From a virus: a stretch of 64,000 nucleotides of DNA. Positions 34,160 through 44,566 of the stretch are shown here, one piece after another. Below the pieces are notes generated by a model, which was not told where the DNA came from, did not search any database, and saw nothing but the letters and a program-made list of their open reading frames with translations. The position numbers were made by a program, and so were the translations under genes. The first letter of the stretch is position 1, and each line of letters starts with the position of its first letter. The stretch is from the IMG/VR virus record IMGVR_UViG_3300041964_000082, positions 1 to 64,000 of that record; one strand, given 5' to 3'.

Positions 34160-34890
34160 TCAATGAGTTCTGCTGTCGTTGGGGCGTTGTAGATTTCGGG
34201 CTGCGAAGAATCGTCAGCGATTTCGCAGATTTCGTCGTAGCGATCGACCGTGATGTCGTAGAACGACTCAAAGCCCAAAACCCGATAGGCAGTCTACGCA
34301 CACCCTCTGCTGTGAACCCTGATTTCTTCGCGATCGCCCACAAGCGCTTGCCCTGCTTCTCGCTGATTACGGCAGGCTTGCCAGCTTCAAAAGCTGCTGC
34401 ACCCATTTGCGCGTTTGGGATTGTTTCGACCTCTGTCTCGTCGAGCATTCCTAGCCCGCACATTGACAGAGTGACGCGCCGCTTAGCCTTTAGAAATAGC
34501 TTTAAGGATGGCATTGGCTCTCGCTTCACCTTGCAGGCTTCCAAGCGCTACAGCGCCGATATCGCTGTCTTCTCGACCATGACGATCGCGAGCAGTTACG
34601 GTGACAACGACAAGACCATCCTCAAACTGAATCTCAGGCTTGGTGATAGAAATGTGATTGATTTTGCGTAGCTGGTCAGTCGCGCCTTTAAGTGCGTACA
34701 GGGTTAGCTTTCCATTTAGTTTCAAGTAGCTAAATGGCTGTGTTAGTGGGTTCAATCCGACCGATTCGCACACCTGCATGTAGTAGCTGATGCGTTCCGG
34801 TTCCGACAGTCTAGACAGGTCATTTTCAAGCAATACCTTTTCAATTGCTGCGGCTTTGTCGGTGTCGTGGCTAACAGTAATTGCGGTCAT
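34160..34890 (-). CDS. Single-strand annealing protein (RecT/Red-beta-like), frameshifted
   Basis: YYMQVCESVGLNPLTQPF, ANAILKAISKAKRR and GLGMLDETE motifs. Confidence 0.7.
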
Positions 34891-35322
34891 TATGTTTCTC
34901 CTGAGAAGTGAATTTTGAACTTAGGCTGCGTCGTCGCCAGTTGGGGCTGTCACTCGATCGCCCCGCTGATGGTGTGGCAGAGGCGCGATCGCTGGGCGGT
35001 GCTGGCGTGGGATGCGATCGCGCAGCTTTCGGTGCTGATCTAGGCTGATTACTTTCATGGTGGTATGTGGTGAAGGTGTGCAGAGGGCGGCAGAACACCG
35101 CCCGCAAATCTAGAACGGTGTGCCAACTCGATCGACCCTGCGAACGATCGCGCCGGGAATCTGTCGCCAAACTTCGAGGATTGTCTCTAGCGGCGAATCT
35201 TTGTGCATGAGGATGTCTGCAACCTGTGCCGTGCGATCGTCTGGATTCGGCCAGAACTCCACACGGAAGGCGATCGGATTGCGGCAACTGAGAGCGTTTA
35301 GAGAGGAGAGGTAGCGTGTCAT

Positions 35323-36297
35323 CTATGCCACCTCCTGGGAGTGGAGTTGCAAAACTCGCTGGAGTGCGATCGCTGCTACTTGTGGGACTACTGAGTTGCC
35401 GAGTCCTTTAATGCGGTGTGTCCGATCGGGTATCCCATGAGCCACTCGCAAAACGCTGGATTCAGTTGCCCAAGGGTTTGATCGCCCGCTTCGTGGCGAA
35501 GATAGTCGATGATGTGTTTCTGTTTGTTGGAGTTCCAGCGCTCCTTTGACGCACAACCCCTGATCCCATCGTTGGCGTCCAGTGTCGGCATTAGCCCCAT
35601 TGCTTTCGCCTTCTTCGTGTTGCTGCTGCCGCCAAAAGGATTTCTCTGGCTGGTTAGCGTTGGCATTAGCTTCACAAATCTGGCTAGCGACACACTGCCA
35701 TCTACTCCGTTGTTGCTGATCTTGCGAGGCTTTCCACTCTTGAGCCAATAAATTTGTGTATTCTCGTTCAGAATTGCCCCCATTGTTCCGTCTGATGCGG
35801 TGACAGTTGGTAGCAACGATGAAGACTCTTTCGCGTAAATGAGGCGCACCCACTGACGCCGCTGAAATAGTCTGCCATTCCGCATCGTACCCGCCTTGGG
35901 AAAGCTCCCAGAGAACGGTTCCCATAATGCGACCTCGCTGTTTCCGAAGCATCTCTGCGACGTTTTCCAGTACGAGGTAACGGGGTCTGCACTCGCGAAC
36001 GATTCGCATGAGTTCAAAGAAGAGTCCAGACCGTTCACCTTCCAGTCCTCGCCCGTTGGGGTTGGCGCATGAAATGTCCTGACAGGGAAAACCTCCGGTG
36101 ATGAGATCGAAATCTCCAGGCTTAGCTGAGTAGGTTCTGATGTCGTCATGGATGGGGATTCCAGGGAAATTCTTAGCTAGAACCTTTTGGCAGTAGGGAT
36201 CGATTTCCACGAATTGCCGTGTCTCAATTCCTCCGACCATTTGAGCGGCAAGGGAAAAACCGCCAATACCTGAGAACAGATCAAGATGTTGCAGCAT
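35323..36297 (-). CDS. C5-cytosine DNA methyltransferase, alpha chain
   Basis: Motifs I DLFSGIGG, IV GFPCQ, VI ENV, VIII PHLRERVF, X GLGNSV. Confidence 0.92.
   Translation of the reverse strand: MLQHLDLFSGIGGFSLAAQMVGGIETRQFVEIDPYCQKVLAKNFPGIPIHDDIRTYSAKPGDFDLITGGFPCQDISCANPNGRGLEGERSGLFFELMRIVRECRPRYLVLENVAEMLRKQRGRIMGTVLWELSQGGYDAEWQTISAASVGAPHLRERVFIVATNCHRIRRNNGGNSEREYTNLLAQEWKASQDQQQRSRWQCVASQICEANANANQPEKSFWRQQQHEEGESNGANADTGRQRWDQGLCVKGALELQQTETHHRLSSPRSGRSNPWATESSVLRVAHGIPDRTHRIKGLGNSVVPQVAAIALQRVLQLHSQEVA
35388..36149 (-). CDS. Nested alternative-frame methyltransferase beta chain (TRD-like repeats + motif IX)
   Basis: 253-aa same-strand overlapping ORF with LLPTVTASD/LMPTL repeats and LNPAFCEWLMGYP. 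Confidence 0.8.
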   Translation of the reverse strand: MTTSEPTQLSLEISISSPEVFPVRTFHAPTPTGEDWKVNGLDSSLNSCESFASADPVTSYWKTSQRCFGNSEVALWEPFSGSFPKAGTMRNGRLFQRRQWVRLIYAKESSSLLPTVTASDGTMGAILNENTQIYWLKSGKPRKISNNGVDGSVSLARFVKLMPTLTSQRNPFGGSSNTKKAKAMGLMPTLDANDGIRGCASKERWNSNKQKHIIDYLRHEAGDQTLGQLNPAFCEWLMGYPIGHTALKDSATQ

Positions 36298-36466
36298 CGA
36301 TCGCCTCCTTCACCTGCTGAGTTGCTTCGCCCTCTGTTTTGCACTCCTCGCTTTCAAAGCGATCGGTATGGGCAACGTAGAGCGGGTAGGGGGCGAACCC
36401 CCCATCTGCATCTATGTTCTGTGTGGTGTGAATTTCGATCGTGTAGCCCTTGTAGGTGAGTGACAT

Positions 36467-36685
36467 CTACGCCACCCCCTGCGCTGCTACAGGCTTGCCA
36501 GCGTCTTTCCATCCAGCGTTGTAAGCCCACTGATAGGACACGCCGATCGAGCGCTTGGTGCGTCCTGATGTGCGATCGTCTTTGCCCTGCTGATAGGCGC
36601 GATCGACTTGGTTCTGTAGATGAATGGCGCTGTGAGAAGTGTTGTACGAGGCGTTTACCTCATGCTCCAGCGGTTGACGTGCCAT
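36467..36685 (-). CDS. Small protein with RMF/CrpP-like motif
   Basis: GAGG RBS; DRAYQQG....SGR....YNAGWKDA. Confidence 0.45.
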   Translation of the reverse strand: MARQPLEHEVNASYNTSHSAIHLQNQVDRAYQQGKDDRTSGRTKRSIGVSYQWAYNAGWKDAGKPVAAQGVA

Positions 36686-36848
36686 AGTGTAGTTACCTCT
36701 GTTTGGGGTGCTCACCTGCTGCGTCGTGGAAAACTGGCGGGTGAGCTTTTGCTTTGTTACCCCTCTATTATGACGCGATACTAGTATCCTGTCAACAGCT
36801 AGACAGTATCGCGTTATCGTGCTATCTTGAGATGGTACGATAGGGGCT

Positions 36849-37085
36849 ATGAAGATGAGATGCAAACTACCTGAACTGATGAAGGCGCGAAACCTTGACC
36901 AGAAGACTCTTGCCGCTGAGACGGGCTTGAGTCCTACAACCGTAGGGAAGTTGTACCGCAGCCATTTCGATCGCATTGACAACCACACAGTTACAACGCT
37001 GTGCAAATATTTCGGATTGCGGACGCTTGATAGCTTGATCGAGTTGGTTTGGGAAAGTGGTGACACAGAAGGACGGCAAGCATGA
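36849..37085 (+). CDS. XRE/Cro-CI HTH regulator
   Basis: LPELMKARNLDQKTLAAETGLSPTTVGKLY...LCKYF. Confidence 0.9.
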   Translation: MKMRCKLPELMKARNLDQKTLAAETGLSPTTVGKLYRSHFDRIDNHTVTTLCKYFGLRTLDSLIELVWESGDTEGRQA

Positions 37086-37663
37086 CTCTCACAACCATCG
37101 ACCCATTGACCTTGCCGTCTATCCCGCTGTCCGATCGTCGAAATCTGCCTGAATCGGCTGGAATCTATTTCGCAATCGCTGCTGATGGCTCGATTCAATA
37201 CATCGGCAGGGCAAAGAACTTTAGAGCTAGATGGGGTTCTCATCACAGGCTTAAAAAGTTGGCAGAAATCGAAAGCGTAAAGATTGCTTGGCTTGAGGTT
37301 TCTGATTTGCTGCTGTTGCCCGAAATTGAGTCTTTGCTGATTGCTCATTTCCAACCGCCTTTTAACAAGGAATATGAGGTAAGGTTCAAACCGTCTGGCT
37401 TGACTGCTGCTTCTCTTCCGTGCGCAACTTCTTTTAGAAAATTCACTCCGACAGGGTGGCGACTTCGAGCGCTAATGGCTGAAAAGCGGATAACAAACCA
37501 GCAGCTAGCCGATCGATTGCAAGAAATTACAGGCAAGCCAAGGCATCGCCAAACTATTACTCGCTGGCGCAACGCTGATACGATGCCACTGCTCGACGGC
37601 AAAGATTTAGACGCATTGCAGCAAATCCTTGAATGCTCTCGCGACGACCTGTTAGGAGACTGA
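37082..37663 (+). CDS. GIY-YIG domain + XRE HTH fusion
   Basis: GIYF...YIGRAKNFRARW; LRALMAEKRITNQQLA...TITRWR. Confidence 0.85.
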   Translation: MTLTTIDPLTLPSIPLSDRRNLPESAGIYFAIAADGSIQYIGRAKNFRARWGSHHRLKKLAEIESVKIAWLEVSDLLLLPEIESLLIAHFQPPFNKEYEVRFKPSGLTAASLPCATSFRKFTPTGWRLRALMAEKRITNQQLADRLQEITGKPRHRQTITRWRNADTMPLLDGKDLDALQQILECSRDDLLGD

Positions 37664-38259
37664 GTAATACCGATCGATCGATCAGTATTTGTAGAATTTT
37701 GAATAAAGCTCACCATGTCGTTTCTTATCTCAATCGGAAGATGGGGCGGAATTTATTGGTCTAGCGGGTACACAAAGCGGCTGTGCTTGGGGTGGATTGC
37801 GTTCACCTTTATTCCGATGGATGATGATTTCCTGCGTCCTCGCGATGGACAAGAAAATATTCAAAACTAGGAACGCGATCGACCACCAGAGCAGGACGCG
37901 ATTCGCTGTAGTTGGCGTTTGCAGAAATTTGAATAGGAGCGATTCTTGTGAAATTCGTCATGAGTAAAACGTCCGATCAAAAGAACAAATATGAGCAGGA
38001 GTTTTCTTCTTTCGAGGAGCTTATAGCTTGGGCGAAACAGCAATATGCTCGCGTAGACGGTCAAGTTGAGATCATCCTTAAAGTGCCTGTACCAAGAGAA
38101 GGAGTGCCTTTCATTGAGGTGCAGCCAGAGTTGGAAATTCATGACGACTGCCGAGATCTTGGGTGGTAGGAAAGCGATCGCCGCGTGAACAGGGACAGCG
38201 ATCGCAGTTTGTGTAGTTGCTGATAGAAATTTGCATAACAGTGCCGTCTAAAAAGCTGT

Positions 38260-38733
38260 CTACTGGAGGCGATAGGGGTATCCATTGGTGCGTCCGTCAT
38301 AGATGCCGCAACCTGCATTTCTCAGGTATTCCGTCATGCTCCGAAGCGTTGCAGTGTCAACCGTTAGAGTCGATCGCCCCTGATCCACCTGCTCTCGATC
38401 GATTCCCGCAGCCTTTGCGATCGCTGTTAGCAACTCCTCAAGCGCTTCGCGGTTCTCTCGGTGGGTTAATCCCTTTGCTAGTGCCAGTTGGAAGGTTCGC
38501 AGCGGCAGCGTTAGTTCGATCGTTGTTGGTTTCAGTGCTTCGTCTGCCTCGAATTCTGCGCAGGGTATCAGCACAGAAGAAAACAGGTTTAGCCGCTCTT
38601 GGCTGTCAATTTCTAATCTTTTCGACGCTTCCCAGTAGGGAGCATTAACAGCACAGCCGCGATCGGCGTTGTATTTGCAGTTTTTACAGATTGGTGGGGT
38701 CATAGTTTCAGGTGGTGATTTGGTTTCTTGCAT
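38260..38733 (-). CDS. Hypothetical Cys-rich protein
   Basis: CKNCKY..CAVN and C.EFE motifs. Confidence 0.55.
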   Translation of the reverse strand: MQETKSPPETMTPPICKNCKYNADRGCAVNAPYWEASKRLEIDSQERLNLFSSVLIPCAEFEADEALKPTTIELTLPLRTFQLALAKGLTHRENREALEELLTAIAKAAGIDREQVDQGRSTLTVDTATLRSMTEYLRNAGCGIYDGRTNGYPYRLQ

Positions 38734-39875
38734 TACGCTGTTGCCTCCTGTAGGTTAAAAATAGTGAGTTGCTGGCAGCCGTCCGCAACCTTGAGCAGCT
38801 TGGGTTTGCTGACTCCAGGCGCGTGTTTTTCTAGCCATTCTTCGCGCTCTTGCTCAGAAGGCAAATACTTAAAATGTCCTAGCCGCTGGCAGCATCGACT
38901 AATCCAGTGCGGATCAATTTCAATGCCGATCGCCTGCCTGCCTAAGCTTTTCGCAGCGATCAGTGTTGAGCCTGATCCGGCAAAGCAATCGAGTACGACA
39001 GCGTTCGATCGAGTGGACGCGCTAATGATGTGTTGCAGCAGTTCTAGCGGCTTTTCGCAGGGGTGCTTACCTGGATATGCGCCAACGGTCGGAAATGTCC
39101 AAACATCGGTGTATGGCACGTCAGCAGTGACAGAGAAGGGGCGGCGTAGCGATTCGTATTCTTGGCGTAGCGATTCGTATTCTTGGCGTAGCGATTCGTA
39201 GCTGCGTTCAAAGTAGCCGGGGAATGCTAGCTGGAGTTTTGCGTAGTGTTCTGGTGTTGGACAGTTCTTACCCTTCTCCCAGTTAGAGCAAGCACCCCCA
39301 TGATTTACAGTGCCGTATGCCCCTACAACCTCGGTTAACTGCTTCGATGACAGCTTATGCTCCGCTCTAATTTGTTTAATGTAGTTACCCCAAACCGCTT
39401 GCGCTGCTTCGTCGCATTTAGACCAGTAACCGCTTTCATCTTTTGCGCCTTCATCAGATCCATAGTGTTCGCAAAAAATAATAGATTCCGTGTTAGGCAG
39501 AAACGATCGAACCTGCTCTTTGTCTGCACACCAATTTCTATTCCCGTTGGACTTGTACCAGCGGATGCTATTCAGCACATTAAATCGATCGCCCAACATC
39601 ACCTCAACTCTTGCTGCCATTCTCGGAGAGGCAAAACAGTAGAGCGAGCCATTCGGCCTTAGCAGTCTTTGCCACTGCTCAGCGACTTTATCTAGCCAAG
39701 ACAGGAAAGCTGCGGGCTTCTCCCACTGACAATCCCACCATTCATCTTTTTTCACCTGAAAAAAAGGTGGATCTGTGAGGATTAGATCGACACTGCTATC
39801 AGGCAGCGATCGCATTACTGCCAAGCAATCGCCCTGGTACAAGCTGATTTGTGGTGTTTCAAAGCACGGTTTCAT
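38733..39875 (-). CDS. Beta-class N6A/N4C DNA methyltransferase with inserted HTH
   Basis: TDPPF before HPCEKP and LDCFAGSG; XRE-like insert. Confidence 0.9.
   Translation of the reverse strand: MKPCFETPQISLYQGDCLAVMRSLPDSSVDLILTDPPFFQVKKDEWWDCQWEKPAAFLSWLDKVAEQWQRLLRPNGSLYCFASPRMAARVEVMLGDRFNVLNSIRWYKSNGNRNWCADKEQVRSFLPNTESIIFCEHYGSDEGAKDESGYWSKCDEAAQAVWGNYIKQIRAEHKLSSKQLTEVVGAYGTVNHGGACSNWEKGKNCPTPEHYAKLQLAFPGYFERSYESLRQEYESLRQEYESLRRPFSVTADVPYTDVWTFPTVGAYPGKHPCEKPLELLQHIISASTRSNAVVLDCFAGSGSTLIAAKSLGRQAIGIEIDPHWISRCCQRLGHFKYLPSEQEREEWLEKHAPGVSKPKLLKVADGCQQLTIFNLQEATA
39143..39200. repeat. 21-bp tandem repeat, about 2.8 copies (YESLRQE)
   Basis: GGCGTAGCGATTCGTATTCTT repeated exactly. Confidence 0.95.
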
Positions 39876-40632
39876 CGTTTGCTTTAGATGGTGATTGGTG
39901 GGCGGCGATCGCCCCTCTTTCCTGAAGCGATCGCCTGTCTGCTGTTAGTGGGCAGCAGATTGTTTATTGCGGTAGATCTCCTGTAGCTTGGTTGCCACTA
40001 GAAACAGCCAAGCGGAACTGACGAAAAATGCGAGAGCCAATTTCAAGAGCATTTCTGTACCTCCTCAAGAGTTTCAGGCGGTGAAACAGCACCCGCAACG
40101 CCTGCTCGCTCCCAAGCGTGTACTCGCCCTAGCACTTCCTGACGTGCCAGCAGCAGAGCATCGATCGCTTGTCGAGATTGCTTCAGCAGAGCGATGTAGG
40201 ACTGGCAGTCAGGCGTAATTGCTGAGTTTGCTGCCGATCGTTCAACTGCAACGATTTGAATTCGTAGTTCGTGAATGGGGTGAAGGTCGATCGACATCTA
40301 TTTACCTCCTAGAGCAAAAGTGTTGTTGTAGATATCACTCACACGCTGAGCTGTGACGATCGCTGCATGATGCCGCCCCAACTGAACGCTTAAACTCCTG
40401 TTTCTGGACTGGAGATCGTTGTTTCTGGCTTGTAAATCGCTGTTCTCATCCAGCAGATTTCCACAGAGAGATTTGACCGCGGGCTGTAGTTTTGCTGATA
40501 TCTGCTGACGGTGATCGGGGTTTGGTTCTGCTGCGAGTTGAGCGATCGCCTCGCAGATTAGGCGTTGCGCTTCTTCAACAAATTCAGCTTGCATAGAATC
40601 TCCTTGCAGTAAATTAGGCGGCTGGCTAATCG

Positions 40633-41607
40633 TCACGCTGCATTGCTCCTTTCAGCTCGCTCCAGTTCTCGATCGCACAGTTGCTCGATCGCCTTCTGCG
40701 CTCGTTTTTTCAGCTTCGGTCGAAGTTCGAGCGCTTCATTTGGCGCGTTGGCGCGAAGAACTAGCTCAGAGAGGGTGAATGGCTGATCGGCTGCAATCAA
40801 CTCGTCTAGAGCCTTTTGCAAACGAACTACCAAATCAGCCCATTGCTCCTGGGTGTAATAGCGGCGGGCGTGGAAGTGTCCAGTCGTGAGCAATCGCCCT
40901 TCCTGCACTAAGCCTGACAAGGTACACGAAAAGCTTCTCTGAGGCAGATCGGGGTCAAGTTCTTTGATGTCACTGGCAAGCAATCCACCGCCAGATTCTT
41001 CGACCATCTGCATTACGCGGTCTTTGTTGGTGAACCGTCTTTTTGTTAAGCTGTGTGCCTTTATAGGCTTGCTGCTGTAGATGTAGTGATGACTCTTTTT
41101 GGCGCGATCGCGGTAGATCTGCCCCTCTTGCGCCAGTACAGTCAAAAACTGTGTCAGTGATGCAGGCGGTAAGATGCCTTCTTTCCGGCAGCGCGAAGTC
41201 AGAGTGGCGGTAGTGCCTGTACCAAACCGCTTAACGATCTGCAGCGTCTGATCCTTTTCGTCGTCCTCGCTGATAGGTTGCAGTGGCGGTCGTTCGATCG
41301 TGAGCCGTGCAGACTTTGCCGCTAAGTCAGGAAGAACAATTTTTAACTTGCCACCGCAACCGTCATTTACCAGGTCAAAGCACGATCGACACAAGAACCG
41401 AGTATTCCACTGATGCCCGTGATCAGTCTCGGTGACGATCTTTGCTGCGGCAGACTTGAAATCAGGCAGGCCACAGTAACGGCATAGTGCGCAGCTTTGA
41501 TATGGCTGAGCGACCGCGAACTTGTGAATAGTGCTGTAGGTGCGATCGATCTTGGCGGCAGTAATCCACCCATTCAGGGCTTGAGCAGGATTGCGGGGTT
41601 TCATCAA
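40633..41607 (-). CDS. Hypothetical with Cys cluster and wHTH-like repeats
   Basis: CRYCG...LCRSC; two LxxLxQEG helical repeats. Confidence 0.55.
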   Translation of the reverse strand: MMKPRNPAQALNGWITAAKIDRTYSTIHKFAVAQPYQSCALCRYCGLPDFKSAAAKIVTETDHGHQWNTRFLCRSCFDLVNDGCGGKLKIVLPDLAAKSARLTIERPPLQPISEDDEKDQTLQIVKRFGTGTTATLTSRCRKEGILPPASLTQFLTVLAQEGQIYRDRAKKSHHYIYSSKPIKAHSLTKRRFTNKDRVMQMVEESGGGLLASDIKELDPDLPQRSFSCTLSGLVQEGRLLTTGHFHARRYYTQEQWADLVVRLQKALDELIAADQPFTLSELVLRANAPNEALELRPKLKKRAQKAIEQLCDRELERAERSNAA

Positions 41608-42603
41608 ACAACCCTCCCGTCAGCTAGGGGAACGCGGTAGCCACGCCAGCCGGGATAGCTAGCGTCCAAATAGGCGATCGTGTCGTTCCACCAGTCGTAG
41701 CCCCTTGAGTAGCCGAGAAATTTAGCGACCTCTTGAATTGCTCTTTCGACTCGATGAGGTGTTTCGCCGCATTCGTGCTGTAGTTGTTCTAGGAGGGATT
41801 CAGGAATCTCGATCGATCGGGCTTCGATGGGTGAAGCAGGTGTAATCGTTCGTACGAGTGTGCTAATCTGCGGCATGTTATTTGCAAGTTTGTTTGGGTC
41901 ATGGGGCGGGCTGAATGCCCGCTTTTTCTTTGGCCTAGAGAAAAGTTTCAGACGCTCCTGGCTTGCCGGGGCGAATGTCGTAAACACAATCGCTAATCTG
42001 ACGCCCTGAGACAGCTACGCCGTTCTTCAGATAGGCCACGCGACCTTGAATCAGATAGCGATGGTGGATGTGGCAATCCAGCCGCTTAAAGTAGTCACCC
42101 CGCGCTTTGCTCTGGAACACATCGCAGGGCAGCAAGTAGAGCAGGCGGGCGTGTTCGTAAGAGCGATCGAGCAGTTCAAGACTGCGCTCGAGAATGCCGA
42201 TCGCCCCTCCATCGCCTCTAGACAGGCAATTAGCACGAACAGAAGCGCGATCGCCTCTTCGCTGTACAGCGCTTGGAATTTGCCACTGCGGACGCTTACT
42301 ATGTCCCACTGGATGGGATGCTCGATCGTCAGCGGCAGTTGATGCAAGCGAAACATGCGCTTGAAAATGATGCACACCTCAATCAAGTCGGCGCGATCGG
42401 GTTTGGCTGCGTTCTCAAGCTCGTAGCCGCAAAGCTCGTTGTCTAGCCAAAAGCTTTGATTGCCTTCCAGCATCGAATCTGTGCGGATGCACAGATTGGG
42501 TTTGACTGCTGCCAGTTGATCGAGCAGCGCGGTTAAATCAATCGTTGCAACTGGTGCGTTTGTATCAGTCATCGTTATAATACGGGTGTGGTTTGTACTC
42601 AAC

Positions 42604-42644
42604 AAAAGCCCCGATCGCGTTACCACTGCCCGATCGGGGCTTTT
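42604..42644. terminator. Intrinsic terminator-like hairpin
   Basis: AAAAGCCCCGATCG...CGATCGGGGCTTTT. Confidence 0.75.
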
Positions 42645-42650
42645 GTTTGT

Positions 42651-42818
42651 CTATGCGGCAGATTGTTGAGAAGCTTGCTTGAGTTGTCGCCATTCACGAC
42701 GAAACCGGACGACAGTTGCCCTAGAGACAGGGACGCGATCAGGGATGCTGTCGATGACAACGCCGCGATCGAATAATTGAAAAACCTGTTGCTTGAGAGC
42801 CTGTGTTGCTACTGCCAT
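42651..42818 (-). CDS. Small HTH protein (55 aa), divergent from the repressor-like gene
   Basis: Manually translated MAVATQALKQQVFQLFDRGVVIDSIPDRVPVSRATVVRFRREW... Confidence 0.6.
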   Translation of the reverse strand: MAVATQALKQQVFQLFDRGVVIDSIPDRVPVSRATVVRFRREWRQLKQASQQSAA

Positions 42819-42944
42819 AGGTTCAATTGAGCATTTGAGCGGTTAAAAAGACCCCGAAAGTGGGGTCAGAAGCTTTTGTATTGCCGAAGGAGGAGACGCC
42901 GGAGCAGCGGTTAGCATGTCCGGTGCGCTGGTTCTATCTTGGCG

Positions 42945-43028
42945 TAAAACCGGAACTCCGTCAACTAAAACCGGAGGAGCGGTTTTATAGCTAGTACAAC
43001 CGTAGTTGTGCATAAAACCGGAACTCCG
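42945..43028. promoter_or_regulatory. Operator-like repeats in a divergent switch
   Basis: TAAAACCGGAACTCCG exact at 42945-42960 and 43013-43028; TAAAACCG...CGGTTTTA at 42966-42987. Confidence 0.65.
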
Positions 43029-43064
43029 GTACACTTGGGTCAGAAAGTGACAGCGTACTGACAT

Positions 43065-43772
43065 ATGGTCAATGAACTGACAGATACCGAGATTGAAAGG
43101 AAGCGCTGGTTTTCCGCCCTGATTGCAGAGTTGCAGGGCGATCGAACACAGGAAGAGCTTGGACTCCAGATCGGTGCAGCGACTTCAACTGTGCAAGATT
43201 GGCTGGGCAAAGATGGGATCGCCAAGACTGACCCGCATAAGGTGAGAATTCCTTACTGGAGAGCGATCGCGCAGGCTAAGGGCACAACCGTAGATGCCCT
43301 GCTCGAAGAGATGAACAAAGCGATCGCAGGGGAGGAGTCAGGCGTAAAGCCTGCCCCAAAGTCTGATCGATCGGTCTATGACCAGCTTGCAGAAATGTGC
43401 AGTTTGGCAAGTATCCTGCAATCCAAGTTGCAGAAATTTGAGAAACAATTGTTAGGGAATGCTATGTGCAGCAACGCCGTTGTCAGGCTGATTCAGGCAG
43501 CTTTTGAGGCTAAAAGGATGTCGGTCAACAACCCGAGTCATATGCGCCGATTTCTCAATGGGGTCGATTTGGAGGATGTATCTGCTGAGGAAATTCGGCT
43601 GGTCGCGATCGGGCGATATCCCCCAAATTCTGAAAACATTCCAGCGATCGCAGCCGCCCTCACGGAATTTACGGGCACTGAATACACCCAAGAAGAGTTA
43701 GAGCATCTAAACCTGCTACCAGTGGATGCGGATCAAGGGCAGGACTGCCGTACCCTCAATCCGATCGACTAG
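43065..43772 (+). CDS. CI-like repressor (N-terminal XRE HTH)
   Basis: RTQEELGLQIGAATSTVQDWL; no obvious S24 peptidase domain. Confidence 0.6.
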   Translation: MVNELTDTEIERKRWFSALIAELQGDRTQEELGLQIGAATSTVQDWLGKDGIAKTDPHKVRIPYWRAIAQAKGTTVDALLEEMNKAIAGEESGVKPAPKSDRSVYDQLAEMCSLASILQSKLQKFEKQLLGNAMCSNAVVRLIQAAFEAKRMSVNNPSHMRRFLNGVDLEDVSAEEIRLVAIGRYPPNSENIPAIAAALTEFTGTEYTQEELEHLNLLPVDADQGQDCRTLNPID

Positions 43773-44566
43773 CCCGCTTGGGTTTTCAGGCTCTTAGCGT
43801 AGTTCTGCCAGTATCCGGTCTGCCAGCAATCGCCTTCTTTGACCGTTACAATAACTTCGCCTTCTGCCAAACTAAAGACGCGATTGTGAAGCAGCCAGTT
43901 CATATCCTGCCAGCGATTTTCGTAGGAAACCTGCTGCTCCTCTCCTGTCTCCAAGAACTGCTCAATTGCCTGACGACGCGGCATGGCGATCGCTTCTGCC
44001 CAGACACTAAGCGGCTGTCCGATTAGTTCGTTGATCCGTCGGTTGAATTGCTTTTCAGCGAATTCGTATTTTGCAGCCAAGCACGGAAAGCCTTTGTCAC
44101 GATCTGCGCTATAGACGATCGCGCACCCTTCCAACCTTTTAAACAAGAGTGGATTTGCCCTAGCCCACGAACTTAAAAAATCTGTTTGAGTTTGCATTTT
44201 GTCCTCAGTAATGTACGGCTGATTTAATTGAAGGACATTGTTAGTCGCGGCGTACAGACGGTTATTGACCCGAATTACTACGCGCTTTTGCTGAAGTGCT
44301 GGGGGGTGGCTTTTCCAATCTAGCGATCGCCATAGCCGATCGGCTGATTTTACGTCAGGACAGTTAACTAAATATTCATCATCTAAAGAGCAAAATTCTA
44401 GACGCCTATAGTCTTGATCTTGCTGGAGCCAATTCAGAAACTCGGAGTTGGTATGGGAGTCAGTCATGATCACGATCGTTGCTAACGGGAGTACGGTTCT
44501 TGCTGGGCTGTGGGGCTTAGCCAGTGATCCGCCGTCATGCCTCGCTGAGGATTTCGACAGTTCCAT
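43769..44566 (-). CDS. Hypothetical protein, possibly PAS-like C-terminus
   Basis: 265-aa intact ORF. Confidence 0.5.
   Translation of the reverse strand: MELSKSSARHDGGSLAKPHSPARTVLPLATIVIMTDSHTNSEFLNWLQQDQDYRRLEFCSLDDEYLVNCPDVKSADRLWRSLDWKSHPPALQQKRVVIRVNNRLYAATNNVLQLNQPYITEDKMQTQTDFLSSWARANPLLFKRLEGCAIVYSADRDKGFPCLAAKYEFAEKQFNRRINELIGQPLSVWAEAIAMPRRQAIEQFLETGEEQQVSYENRWQDMNWLLHNRVFSLAEGEVIVTVKEGDCWQTGYWQNYAKSLKTQAG

Noticed and set aside
2007-34890. Widespread programmed frameshifting or a recoded genetic code
   Set aside because: Breaks are frame changes at arbitrary sites with patchy density rather than in-frame stops, most consistent with long-read indel error
36467-37354. 295-aa minus-strand ORF
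   Set aside because: Only the last 72 aa has its own RBS; the rest is antisense to the HTH and GIY-YIG genes
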